Assembly (NCBI GenBank): GCA_035221665.1
Contig: CM069166.1
Coordinates: 558,001 to 622,000, forward strand
Source: Okamejei kenojei
Lineage: Eukaryota
Reading direction: 5' to 3'
Length of the DNA: 64,000 bases
The first letter of the stretch is position 1, and every line of letters begins with the position of its first letter. The notes below the pieces were generated by a model. That model worked only from the letters and a program-made list of their open reading frames with translations, had not been told where the DNA came from and ran no database searches. A program made the position numbers and the translations under genes. Of this stretch, positions 1 through 11,812 are shown one piece after another.

Positions 1-64
1 ACCCAGGCAGTTGGAGATGGCAGTGAATGTCAGTAAAGTCTGCACATCGACATCGGTTCCAATC

Positions 65-450
65 AATAGACAGCCAGAAACATTTCCCCAGGGTGGAAGT
101 ATCTACCAGGGGGCATAGCTGTAAGGTGAGAGGGGCAAAGTTTAAAGGAGATGTGCGGGCCAAGTGTTTTTACAGAGAGTGGTGGGGGCTTGGAACGCAC
201 TGCCAGGGCTGGTGGTGGCGGCAGATACGATAGTGGTGTTTAAGGGGCTTTCAGATAGGCACATGGATATGGAGGGATAAGGATCACGTGCAGGCAGTTA
301 GGAGTTTTTCTTGGCATTATAAACACAAAAATCTGGAGTTACTCAACGGGTTGGACAGCATCTCTGGAGAAACGGGATAGATGACGTTTTGGGTTGAGAC
401 CTTCAGCACAGACATTTTGGGCTGAAGGGCCTGTTGTGCTGTACTATGTT
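65..450 (+). mobile_element. CR1/HER1-type LINE 3' fragment interrupted by a Penelope-like repeat (~320-405)
   Basis: Degenerate TRGHS-KVRG-F-FFTxRVV-WN-LP C-terminal pattern and gggctgaagggcctgtt tail. Confidence 0.75.
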
Positions 451-1464
451 CTAGTGATCAGCGGGGAGGAAGTTGTATTGTACTACTGAATATCTTGTAT
501 AAAGCGATTTTGGTGCCTCTGCAACTTTCATTTTTTTATAGTTTGTTTTGTAGTCTGCGCCAAATATTTTCCAAAAGATCTGAGCTGCTGTAATTAGGCT
601 GTGGTGGGAATTAGCATTGGCTCTGCTGAAGGCCAATGGAATACTTGCTTTTAATTTCCAGCACAGTTTTACAAGTCGGGCTCTTTGGAAAAAGTATTCG
701 ATGTGTTTGGACGGAGGTAAACAGACTGAGTGGCACCCATTCCTTCTCTTCAGAGATGCTCCCTGTCCCTCTGAGTTACTCCAGCATTTGGTGTATCTTC
801 ACTGAGTTACTCCAGCACTTTGTGTCTATCTTCGCTGGACCAGACTGGGCCTGGTGTCTGCTGTAGGGTTCTTTGTATTGGTGCTAACTCTTTGCACTCT
901 CCCCATCCCCCCAACTCCGACTCCCACAATCACTGCCCCCCACTCCCCCTCCCATGTCCACACAAATCTCGTTATCTTTAATTAAGGATTTGAAGGGCTT
1001 TGATTTTAAATGGGCTTTTTTCCCTGTCACTTGCCCTTGTTTGGAGAGATTAAAGTTCCGTGTCAAAGATCAGTGGTGTGGTCAAGCAGAAGTGGGGCAC
1101 GAAGCAAAGGTGATGAGTAGAGACAAACCGAGAGACGTCCACATCAGAGGATGGCTCCTGCACAGTGTGGCACGGACGGATTAGGATTTGAGCAGGGCTG
1201 CTTTACAAAGTGGGAAGGGCAGATTCTCACCCCCACCCCTAACCCCCGAAAAAGGGGAGAGCTGAAAAACTGCAAGGGTAAAAAATACCCTGATGGGAGT
1301 TATTCACAAACCTCCCAACAGTAGCTAGGAAGTAGGGTGCAAATTGCATAAATTCCTTCATCCAAATCATTGATATTTTCCAGGAAGTAGCAGCCCCAGC
1401 ATCAACCCATGCGGAACTCCACTAGTCACTGGCAGCCAAAGCACAAGGAAACAGCCTGAGATGT

Positions 1465-1840
1465 TCATAAGGTCATGTGATAGGAGCAGAATTAGGCCAT
1501 TCGGCCCATCATGTCTACACTGCCATTTAATCATGGCTGATCTATCTCTCCCACCTATCCCCATTCTCCTGACTTCTCCCCGTAACCCCTGACACCCATA
1601 CTAATTAAGAATCTGTCCACCTCTGCCTTAAATATATCCATTGACTTGGCCTCTGCAGCCTTCTGTGGCAATGAATTCCACAGATTCACCACCCTCTGAT
1701 GAAAGAAATTCCTCCTCATCTCCTTCCTAAAGGAATGTCCTTTAATTCTGAGGCTGTGACCGCTGGTCCTGGACTCTCCCACCAGTGGAAACATCCTCTC
1801 CACTTCTGCTCTATACAGGCCTTTCACCATTCGGTAAGTT
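1465..1840 (-). mobile_element. CR1 LINE 3' end (ORF2 C-terminus plus UTR)
   Basis: ORF 1555..1980 contains RTSGHSLRIKG...RRNFFHQRVVNLWNSLPQKA..AKSMDIFKAEVDRFL. Confidence 0.9.
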
Positions 1841-2293
1841 TCAGTAAGAAATGATGGTTCTGGACTTGCCACCTGCCCCGTGCAGGGATTCAGCAGAGAG
1901 GGGAGAGGAAGCTGGGAACAAGCAGCAGTCTGCTGCGATGTGTCTGAGATCTCCCCACACACCCTGTGTGACAGATACAAACACCAGTGCAGCTCTCTGT
2001 TACAGCCCTGTCAACAGCTGACAAGTGTAGGCCTACACCATCCCTGTAAAACAAGACGTTAGTGAAACTGGGAGAGAGAGTTGAGAACAAGGGGGCATTG
2101 TTTCAGAATCATGCTTCACCAGTTCAGACGGAGATGAGGTGGGACTTCTTCCTTGAGGTGGCTGTGAATCTCTAGCCCAGAGTGGTGGAGTCATTGAATA
2201 TATTCTGACTCAGACAGTGGGGCAATCTGGGTTCACAGTATACCCGTGGGAATGGAGCCGGCCTGGGGTCAGAGCAGCTGTGATCTTACTGAA

Positions 2294-2385
2294 GACAGAC
2301 ACAAAACGCTGGAATAACTCAACGGGTCAGACAGCATCTTTGGACAAAGGGAAATGGTGATGTTTCAAGTCGAGGCCCTTCTTCA
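2294..2385 (-). mobile_element. Short Penelope-like hammerhead repeat inserted into a decayed CR1 3' end
   Basis: 12-bp TSD GATCTTACTGAA at 2282-2293 and 2386-2397. Confidence 0.75.
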
Positions 2386-4049
2386 GATCTTACTGAATGG
2401 GGCAGAAAATGAGAGGCGTTGTGACATTGACTCCCTTTTGCATCCGGTGTTCATCAGAGCGTCTGGTGCAGGGGTGATGGGGAGAAGGCAAGAGAATGGG
2501 GTTAGGATGAAGAGATCGATCAGCCATGATTGAATGGCGGAGTAGACGATGGGCTGAATGGCCTAATTCTGCTCCTGTCACTCATGGACTTATCAGGTCA
2601 TCTCACTGCACATTAATCTGTTTGTCTGGTTAGGATTCCTGCTGGGCATGAGTTAGTCTCCGTGTTTGCCCACTTCTCTCTCTGGGCCGCCTTGGTACTG
2701 GATGCACAACTACACCCTGGACCAATCGCAGCCCGTTCCCTCAACTCCAAATAATCAAGTCGTGTCAGAGGAAGAGACCCAGCGATTCGTAGCCCAACTC
2801 CGCATCCCCAGTTACCCCCCCCACCGGAATCTCCCCCCCCAATCTAATATGCCCACCTCCGCCTTAAAAATATCCATAGATTCTGCCTCCACAGGCCTTT
2901 GAGGAAGGGGGTTCCAAAGAGCATGGGAGAGAGAAATAGCTCACCTCATGTTTGGCTTATGTGCATGCGATGGTTCTAGATTCTCCCCCAAGACGAAACA
3001 TCCTCCTAACATCCGCCCTCTCAAGATCTCTTATCTGTTGCAATCAACTCCCTTCTCATTCTCATAAACTCCAATGGATATAGGCCGGGATTCTCCAACC
3101 ATTCCTCGTAATACAGCCTGCCCGTTCGAAGCATTAGTGGCGTAAACCTTCTCTTCATTGCCTCCAGTGCAGTGATATCCAACGATGTGTCCCTCTTGGG
3201 CTCACACCATCCCAGGTCATATTTTGCCGGCCCTGTCTCGGTCTTGGTCTTTTCTTGCTTCCAGTCCTACCCCTCACCACCCCCACAATCAGTCTGAAGA
3301 AGTGTCCCAACCCGAAACATCTCCTATTCATGTTCTGCCTAACCTGCTGAGTTACTCCAGAATTCTGTGTCTATCATTAATATCCCTCCTTGGGTAAGGA
3401 GACCAACTATGTGCCCAAAATAACTGCAACAAGGGAGTGGAACCAAATGGAACTGCTTGTTGGTCGATGGTCAGCATGGGCTCGATGGGCTGAAGGGCCT
3501 GTATCGCGCTAAGACTGGAGAGGACTGAAGGACATTTGTTCATCAGTGATCTGAGGTATGAGAAAAGACTGGAGAAACCTGATTGTTCTAGCAACCCAGA
3601 GATAGCTGAGATCAGATTGTGATAAAATGTGGCAAATAAAATTAAACAGGTTAATCCAGAAAAATACAAGACTAAATTGCAAGGATAGGCAAGAGAACAA
3701 AGGCAGAGTAAATAAATAGCGTCCACCTGATATGTCAGTGCTGCATTGTCAGAGGTGCTGGTGTTGGGATTAGATGTTGGACTCGCTTGCCTCTCATCAA
3801 CATGATAGATAAAATGCTGGAGTAACTCAGCGGGGCAGCAGCATCTCTGGAGAGAAGGAATGGGTGACGTTTCGGGTCAAAACCCTCAGCAACATAAAAT
3901 GTCCGCTGGCCGCCACATCATGGAAGCATGGGTCAGTCTTGGACAACACCTGCAATCCCAAACCAGGATGGTCCACGATGTCTAGGAGTGGCTGCACAAC
4001 ATTCTCACGGGACTGGTCGTGCACGTCAGCACAAATGACTAGGGTAGGA

Positions 4050-4205
4050 AAAGGGATGAAGTCCTGCAGAGTGAATATAGGGGGTCAGGCAATAGGTTAA
4101 AAATCAAGACCTTGAGGACAGTAATCTCCAGATTTCTCCCATGCCACGTGCTAGTGATGGTAGGAACGGGAAGATGGGGCAGATGAATGCGTGGCTGAGG
4201 AGTGT
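4050..4205 (+). mobile_element. CR1 ORF1 (esterase-like) fragment
   Basis: Degenerate VIS-..PRAS-GRN-K-GQMNAWLR-like coding pattern. Confidence 0.55.
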
Positions 4206-4852
4206 CAAGGTGCTAGATAAATGCATACGTTTCACTGCAATGTGAAGCAAGGAGCAGCTGAGCCCCTTGCATTGAGCTCTGGGTGTTGGTGTGTTTTGTG
4301 GATCGGTATTGTCCCTGGGACGTGGTTCCAGATGGGATCTCACCAACTTCCTCCACTTTGTAATACAGCCTCTTTGAGATAAAAGCCAACATTCCTGCAG
4401 CCTCTTCAGTTACTGCTGCTAAAGTCAATAGAGTGGTTGGGTTTTTAGATGTAGGGATTGTTAGCGCTGTGGGTACTTCCTCATCATCTGTTGTCAATTG
4501 CAGACTATTTTTGATCATTTGTGTCGACTCCACTTGGAATCTGTTGTGTATTTAATTCCATCATATTCTCACACACACATTGGTTAGATGATGGGACAAG
4601 CCTGTGAGTTTATAGGTGAGTTTTCGAGCAATAATTCATTCTGTGAAGCAGCTTGGGATTTTCTTTTCAAAGGCACAATGTTTGTTATTATTGGTTTTTG
4701 GCATGATATGAAGCAAATGTTAGCGTTGTTGGTTGCTGTCTGCTGGGTTTGTGCAGCTGCCCTGGACCCTTGTAAACGAAGCAACGTTTTCACAGCTCTG
4801 GAAAAGTTCCTGCAGCAAAAACAGTTGATGCGGAGAATCGAGGAATGCAAGG

Positions 4853-4993
4853 TCCATGTGTGGAGAAACACGCGTGGTGGAACATGTGCGGAGGAACATG
4901 CTTGGTGGAACAAGGATGATGGAACACATGTGGACGAACACGCGTGGTGGAACATGTGTGATGGAACACATGTGGAGGAACACGCGTGGTGGA
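4853..4993. repeat. Minisatellite, ~13-15-bp unit GGAACAC(G/A)(C/T)GTGGT
   Basis: About ten degenerate tandem copies visible. Confidence 0.85.
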
Positions 4994-5229
4994 TTGGAAT
5001 TGGTGACGTTTCGGGTGAGACCCTTCTGAACACCAATTGTGTTTGATCCGTCATGATCATACTGAATGGCGGTGCATGCTCGAAGGGCCGAATGACCTAC
5101 TCCTGCACCTATTTTCTATGTTTCTATGATTCTATAATTGGCATGTTGAGACCAACAAGGTAATGAACGAAAGGCTGGATAATGGGGTTGTGTGAGGGGC
5201 TCTACTGAATGGCCTTTAACAGCTGGTGT

Positions 5230-5375
5230 NNNNNNNNNNNNNNNNNNNNNNNNNNNNNNNNNNNNNNNNNNNNNNNNNNNNNNNNNNNNNNNNNNNNNNN
5301 NNNNNNNNNNNNNNNNNNNNNNNNNNNNNNNNNNNNNNNNNNNNNNNNNNNNNNNNNNNNNNNNNNNNNNNNNNN
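5230..5375. other. Assembly gap (146 N)
   Basis: Run of n. Confidence 1.
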
Positions 5376-6579
5376 AGGGAGTAGAAGACTGCACAGGGTA
5401 TTGTGTAGCCAACCAAAGTATTGCTGACCCGGTCCATGGAGCTTTGCTAAATGTTTAACTGCGCTGGTTTTTATAATTGTCTCTCATTATGTTCTTGTTT
5501 ACTTCCCAACCCTCCTTCACTTTCCATTGCCAGACATTGTCGATCTCGGTAAAAGGAAATGGTCGGAGACTGGTGTACTTTAAGTTCCACTGACTTGTTT
5601 GTGAGTATTCAGGGTGTAGTGTATTGCATTTACCCACCTGGTGATCAGATACTTTCTGAGAAGGAAGGAGAACAAACCTTCTCTTCAATATCAGCTTCCT
5701 GATGGCACTTTGCACGTAGTTCTGGTGGGTGTGAGGAATAGTATTTTGTGTACCTTAGCTTTCATCAGCAGCTGTGCTCCTGAATCATCTGCAATGCAGG
5801 TTCACACCTCATTCCCAAGTTCCTCAAAAAGTGCATTGAAGTACTTATCACAGTTCCTGTGAAGAAGCAGCCAGTTTAAGCACAGCCAGGTAGGTGTGCT
5901 GCAGGAACCAGGTCAGCACCCGAGGTCAGGATCAAACCTGGCTCTCTGACAGGTGAGGCAGCAACTCTACCGCTGTGCCACTGTGACACTCACATTGTTG
6001 CTCCCTGTAAACTAACAATTTAGAGAGACGCAAAAGGCTGGAGTAACTCAGTGGCATAGGCAGCATCTCTGGATTGAAGGAATGGGTGACGTTACGGGTC
6101 GAGACCCTTCTTCAGACTGAAATCTAGGTTCTGGGAAGCAACAGAGGCAGCAGGTATATTAATCTGCTTGTATGATAAGAGAAGTTGTGGGGATCATTTT
6201 TGTCGGACTGTGAAGTGCAAGGCGCAGGGTGGAAGAGAGGCACTCTCCTGGGTGTGGAACAGGGGAGCTGCACATGTTAGCCACTGTCAGGAAGCGTCAC
6301 ATCAGTGAGACAGCTGCAGCAAAGCTCCACGCCATGGGCCTTTATACAACAAAAAGCACAACTTCCTCTCTTCAGTTAGAATCATCATAATATACTCACA
6401 GAAGAGCATTCAGTCCACAGGACCCACATTGGCCGAGCCAAGTGTTATTTAGGTTCATCCCAATTGCCACTTTTTGGACTCTGGTCCTTGCAAATTAAAG
6501 TTTTTTTTAAGAAGTGATTCAGTGGCTTTTTCCTGTATCCACCCCCTCCAGTCAGTGTCTGCCGAGCCTGATCCCCTTA

Positions 6580-6755
6580 TCCTTGATCGAACTTTGCTGG
6601 CTTTACCATGCACTAAATGTTATTTCCTTATCATGTACAGTATCTGTACACTGTAAATGGCTGGATTGTAATAATGCATTGTCTTTCCGCTGGATAGCAC
6701 GCAACAAAAGCTTTTCACTGTACCTCGGCACACGTGACTAAACTAAACTGAAACT
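6580..6755 (+). mobile_element. Abundant LINE/SINE 3'-tail repeat (...aaaagcttttcactgtacctcggtacacgtgacaataaactaaac); other copies ~8555-8670(-), 10340-10385 plus 10720-10810(+), 30680-30940(+), 42220-42380(-), 61180-61420(-)
   Basis: Multiple mutually similar copies in the window ending in (CTAAA)n; family not firmly identified. Confidence 0.8.
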
Positions 6756-7569
6756 TATAGGTGAAAATAAATTCCTTAACAACTCCCTAACCTTTCTAAC
6801 AGTCACATTAAATCTACATCCGACGGTTACTAATCATTCCAAGAGAAATCCGTCTTTTCTTTGGGAGTATTTCATTGTTTTTTCTTGATTAAATCTCTCT
6901 CCAATCTCCCGTTCCAAACAAAACATCAACTCCATTTCCAGAGTGAGCAATCATTCAACAGAGGAAGTGGATTGGTGGATGGTGGGGTTAAAGTGTCCAC
7001 ATTGTGGACACAATTTGCATTTGAAGTCTTTGCAGAAGTGGCTGCCTGCTGACACTGACCATGTTGCTTGGAATGGAAATAGCATCAGAGCAGCTCAGAG
7101 TGTGAGACAGCCTTGCTGGGCCAGCTCTCCATCCAAGGCTGGGCTCACGGGGACATTGGGCACAGGAGCATCCTCTGGGTCTACAAGAAACATTTCACAT
7201 CTCATAGAGGAAAGAGGTGAGCAACTGTTAAAAGGACAAAAAGTGTTGGAGCAACTCAGCGGGTCAGGCAGCATCTCTGGAGAACATGGATAGGTGACGT
7301 TTCGGGTCGAGCTTACCAGATTGCCATGCTTTGTCCTCCCTCTCTTCTCTCCCAGCATTCTTCCCCCTCTACCTCTACAATCCGTCTGAAGAAGGGCCCC
7401 GAGCAGAAGCGGTACTCCAGCACTTTGTGCCTTTTAAAAATAAACCAACACCTGTTTCATGGTTCTACTGAGGAACACTGGGTTACTTTGCAACTTCTCT
7501 TCATAATTTTATTGAACCTTTGGAAATCGAGAGTGGGGTCAAGATGTTTAGTTTCTGAATGTTGGGGCG

Positions 7570-8445
7570 TGCTGTGCTATTCTCACATATGCCTGGATTG
7601 GAGAGTATCAGCTGCAGGAAAGGTTGGACAAACATGGAGAGACAGAAAATGCTGGAGTAAGTTAGCGGGCCAGGCAGCATCTCTGGAGAGAAGGAATGGG
7701 TGACGTTTTGGGTCGAGACCCTTCTTACACACCAGCATCTGCAGTTCCTTCCTATACTTTGGACTAACATGGATTGGTTTCACTGGAGCCTCGGCAGGAA
7801 GTTTATAAAATTATGAGAGACATAGATAGGGTAGGCAGTCAGATCCTTATTTTACTCGGGTGGAACTGTCAAACACTGGAAGGCATAGCTGTAAAGTGAA
7901 AGGGCGAAAGAGGGGGTAGATTTGGCTTCTTACACAGAAAGTCGTGGGTGCTTGGAGCGTGTTGCTAGGGGTGGTGTTGGATGTACACAGGCACATGAAG
8001 AGGCATGGAATTAAGGGGATTCAACCATGTGCATATATATAAATATATGTTATATATATACTATAATTCTTTATAGGTTTAAGATGAAGGGGAAAAGATT
8101 TAATAGCAATCTGCGGGGTAATTTTTTCACACAAAGGGTGGAGGGTGTATGGAATGAGCTGCCAGAGGATGTAGTTGAGGCAGGGACTATCCCAACGTTT
8201 ACGACAAAGTTAGACTGGTACATGGATAGCACAGGTTTGGAGGGATATGGGCCAAACGTGGGCAGATGGGAATAGTGTAGCTGGGACATGTTGGCTGTTG
8301 CGTGCAAGTTGGGCTGAAGGGCCTGTTTCAATGTTGCATCACTCGATGACTCTGTGTGCAGGCAGATGTGAAGTTTACATTGGCATTGTGTTCAGCACAA
8401 ACATAGTGGATTACTGTGCTGCACTGATCTATGTTTTATGTTCTA
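7570..8445 (+). mobile_element. Nested CR1 cluster: older CR1 3' end interrupted by a Penelope-like repeat (~7640-7755) and a younger CR1 3' end (~8075-8352)
   Basis: ORF 8027..8275 has GNFFTQRVEGVWNELPEDVVEAGTIPTF; host sequence resumes at tgtgcaggcaga ~8355. Confidence 0.75.
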
Positions 8446-9479
8446 TTTTCTATGTATTCAGTCCTCAGCTTTGCTTCCTCTATATGACTGGCATGAAAAG
8501 AATATAAACATCTCATTTCCAAATTTGCAATTGAAATTTTTATGAAGCAAAAGTTTTATAGTTTAGTTTGTTTATTATCACGTGTGTGGCGAGTACTCAT
8601 TGTGAACCGAGATACAGTGACAAGCTTTTTGTAGTGTGCTATCCAGTTAGCGGAAAGACTATACATGGGTCTGCGGGTCAGACAGCATCTCTGGAGAAAA
8701 CAAGTAGCTGACGTTTCTGGTCGAGACCCTTCTTCAGACTGAGAGTCAGGGGAAAGGGAAGCGAGAGATATAGACCGTGATGTAAAGAGATATGGAACAA
8801 ATGAATTAAAGATATGCAAAAAAGTAACGATGATAAAGGGAACAGGCCATTGTAGTGTTCCACGCATTATTCTGGCAGCTAGTTCCAGATCCCAACCCTG
8901 TAAGTGATGGTTGTTCAATCTGGTTGATCTATCTCTCTCTCCTAACTCTATTCTCCTGCTTTCTCCCCATAACCTCTGACACCCATACTAATCACGAATC
9001 TACTCCTTCAGGCAGTGAGCTCCAGGTTCCAACCACCCTCTGGGTGGAAAGGTCCTTCCTCAGATTGCCTCTAAACATGTGACCCCTTTAATTAACTCTG
9101 TGTATCTCTGACATCATTTTGTAAACCTCCATTTGTTCCTCCCTCAGCCTCCTCCATTCCAGAGCAGCAAACCCAGCCTTCCCAGTCTCTCCTCCTCACG
9201 GAAACATCCCATGAAACTTCCTGGTGAACTTCCCCTACTGCCTCTCCAGTGCATCACATCCTTCCTGCAGTGTGGTGACAGAACTGCATGCTGTACCTGC
9301 TGCAGTGTTTTCTCATGCATTGGATTGGGATGTCCACGTTCCCCCTCATTAAATGGTAGAATAAACAATCAGGAAAACTAATGAAATCTTGGAGAAACAA
9401 AGAACAGCAGACGTGGTTTGATGAAATCTTGGTTGGTTCTCGGCACAGTTAAATGTAGAAGTGACAAATTGCCTGGGAA

Positions 9480-9775
9480 ATTTTGCCTGGGCCCGCTCGC
9501 GGAGCGCGGTTCACCCGCGGGACTTATTTAGATCACCCGGTGCGGTCACAACATCGGAGGCCCGGGACGCCTCAGCGCAGGGGAAGAGGAAGAGGAAGAA
9601 GGGAAGAGACAAAGACAAGATTTTTGCCTTCCACCACAGTGAGGAGGTGTCTGGTGAACTCACTGTGGTGGATGTTAAATTTGTGTTTATTGTGTGTTTT
9701 TGTTATTTACTATATGTATGACTGCTGGCAATGAAATTTCGTTCAGACCAGAAGGTCTGAATGACAATAAAGTTT
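9480..9775 (+). mobile_element. GC-rich SINE-like element with hairpin core and LINE-type tail
   Basis: Shares its core with 14830-15570(-); ends atttcgtt...aatgacaataaag. Confidence 0.65.
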
Positions 9776-10387
9776 TCCAAAAATGGGAAAGTTAGAATAT
9801 ATATGGGTGAAAATCTGTGCTAACCTGAAATGGTGCACAGAATCATATTAATTTAATAAAAGCAGGCTGCACCATATAGAACATCATAAGTTAGCAGCCA
9901 TAGTTCCAAAGTATGAGTTCGTTTTTGATGCCGCATGCTGATAGACTACCTTAGCCACTAGCTGGTGTATATTTTAGCTCTTGTCAATTTTTCCTCCTCC
10001 ACTTGTCAAAAACTTTGACGTTCTGTTAAGGTTCAACCTGAAACATTAATGCTGTTTCTTTTCTCAGAGACGTGGCCTGATCTGCTGAGTATTTCCTCCA
10101 TTTTCTGTTTGCATTTTAGATTTCCACTCTCTTTTGATTTTCTATTACAAGCCTGCCAACTTTGTGAGATGCTTGACTGCCAATGTCAGTAAATAACGTT
10201 TAACACCATGGTCCTGATTCAGGGTATCGACCCGAAACATCACCCATTCCTTTGTCTCCACAGATGCTACCTGGCCCGTTGACTTCTTTGAGCAGTTTGC
10301 CTTTTTCTCCGCACCTGAAACTGCTCCTTCCCTCTTTACCTTTATCATGTATTTGTACACTGTAGATGGCTTGATTGTAATCATTGT

Positions 10388-10712
10388 AAGATTATTAAGG
10401 GATTGGACACGCTAGATGCAGGAAACATGTTCCGGATGTTAGGGGAATCCAGAACCAGGGGCCACAATTTAAGAATAAGAGGTAGGCCATTTAGAACGGA
10501 GATGAGGACAAACTTTTTCACCCAAAGAGTTGTGAATCTGTGGAGTTCTCTGCCTCAGAAGGCAGTGGAGGCCGATTATCTGGATCAGGGATATGGGGCG
10601 AAGGCAGGAACGGGGTACTGATTGTGGATGATCAGCCATGATCACAGTGAATGGCGGTGCTGGCTCGAAGGGCCGAATAGCCTACTCCTGCACCTATTGT
10701 CTATTGTCTATT
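10388..10712 (+). mobile_element. CR1 LINE 3' end inserted within another retroposon tail
   Basis: ORF 10403..10621 RTRGHNLRIRG...NFFTQRVVNLWSSLPQKAVEA; (CTATTGT)n tail; host split at gattgtaatcat / tattgtctttc. Confidence 0.9.
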
Positions 10713-11129
10713 ATTGTCAATTTTATTGTCTTTCTACTGACTGCTTAGCATGCAGCAAAAGCTTTTCACTGTACCTCGACACACGTGACAAACAATAATT
10801 AAACTAAACCACGGCAGTTTTCCAGCTGGGATTCCTTGCATATTGATTGCAACTGGAAACCCAGCCTGCTTTGCAATTAATTTATTACACTCTTGCACAG
10901 ATTATTGAGGGTATTAGCAAATCCCCACTGTCCTCACTGTCTAATACCCATCTCAAGCCTCCTCTTGAATTTGGCTGCGTTAGTCCTGTTCTTTAGTTCA
11001 GATAACTTTTTGAAGGGATTATCTCGAGATGCAGATCCTGTCTGCTAATGATTTAAAATGTCCAATGCCAGACAGGAGTATGATTGAGTCAGTCTGCAAT
11101 AATAGACATTATTAATTCTGCAGCAACTG

Positions 11130-11562
11130 GGGGAGGGCGGGACCATTGGAGGACTGGCATGGGCGATGGCCAATGGAGGAAGGGGAGGGCGGGACATGCA
11201 AAAGAGACAGGGTGACAGCCAATGGACGTAGGAGAGTGCGGGATCCGTGGCAGATTGACGGGCCGACAGCCAATGGAGGAATGGAAGGGCGGGACCATCG
11301 GATGGCGATAGCCAATGAATAAAGTGGAGGGCGGAACCATTTGGGAGATTGGCAGGGCGACAGCCAATAGAGGAGGACGAGGGTGGGACAACTAGAAGGC
11401 AACAGCCAATGGAAGCAAGGGAAGGTCAAGGGGCGGACTCCGTCGGATGACAAACAGGGATCCGGGCCAATGGGCATCGAGAAGGCGGCGAATGAGAGCG
11501 CGCGAGGGGCGGGATGAGCGGCGGCCTATATAAGGGGAGCCGGCAGCCGGCGAGCGGTCAGT
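11130..11562 (+). promoter_or_regulatory. ZSWIM4 promoter: CCAAT/GC-box array, TATA box, Inr
   Basis: Forward CCAAT at 11170, 11219, 11270, 11312, 11364, 11406, 11467; reverse ATTGG at 11145 and 11348; several GGGCGG boxes; TATATAAG at 11527-11534; TCAGT Inr at 11558-11562. Confidence 0.85.
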
Positions 11563-11587
11563 AGCGGGCGGCGGACGGACGGGAGTG

Positions 11588-11638
11588 AGGGAAGGAAGGA
11601 AGGAAAGAAGGAAGGGGGAGAGAGAGAGAGAGAGAGAG
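11588..11638 (+). repeat. Purine microsatellite (GGAA)n-(GA)n in the predicted 5' UTR
   Basis: gggaaggaaggaaggaaagaaggaagggggagagagag... directly before the ATG. Confidence 0.9.
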
Positions 11639-11644
11639 GCAGCG

Positions 11645-11812
11645 ATGGCGGACATGAGGGGAGAGGCGCCGGCGGCCAAGCGGCCGTGTCTTGGCCACTG
11701 CGGCCCGGCGAGAGCGGCGCACACCAAGCCGGGCCACGGCAGGTTCCACAAGCCCGACTCGCTGCTGGACATCAGCGCCAAGAAGGTGGCGGAGAAGTGG
11801 CCCTTCGAGCAG
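11645..11812 (+). CDS. ZSWIM4: ZSWIM4-like coding exon 1 (MADMRGEAPAAKRPC...DSLLDISAKKVAEKWPFEQ), contains BC-box-like motif
   Basis: Strong Kozak gcgATGg in a CpG island; 168 nt, donor AG|gtgagc at 11813. The short N-terminus with PAAKR and LLDxSAKxVAExWxFEQ resembles ZSWIM4 as recalled. Confidence 0.9.

Noticed and set aside
4584-5060. 152-158-aa ORFs with EEHAWW / HACSSTCVP repeats
   Set aside because: The repeats are translations of the minisatellite and the ORFs run into a Penelope-like repeat.
5534-5726. Exon-like segments near the gap (YFLRRKENKPSLQYQLPDGTLHV)
   Set aside because: The first segment has stops in all three frames; the second has weak splice signals and no protein I can identify.
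11130-11480. Repeat-spacer appearance suggesting a CRISPR array
   Set aside because: Vertebrate DNA, degenerate short motifs rather than identical 25-45-bp repeats, no cas genes.
11170-11480. ER-stress elements (CCAAT-N9-CCACG)
   Set aside because: No CCACG at the required spacing after any CCAAT.
11525-11535. CCTATATAAGG as an SRF CArG box
   Set aside because: Seven A/T between CC and GG rather than six; position fits a TATA box.
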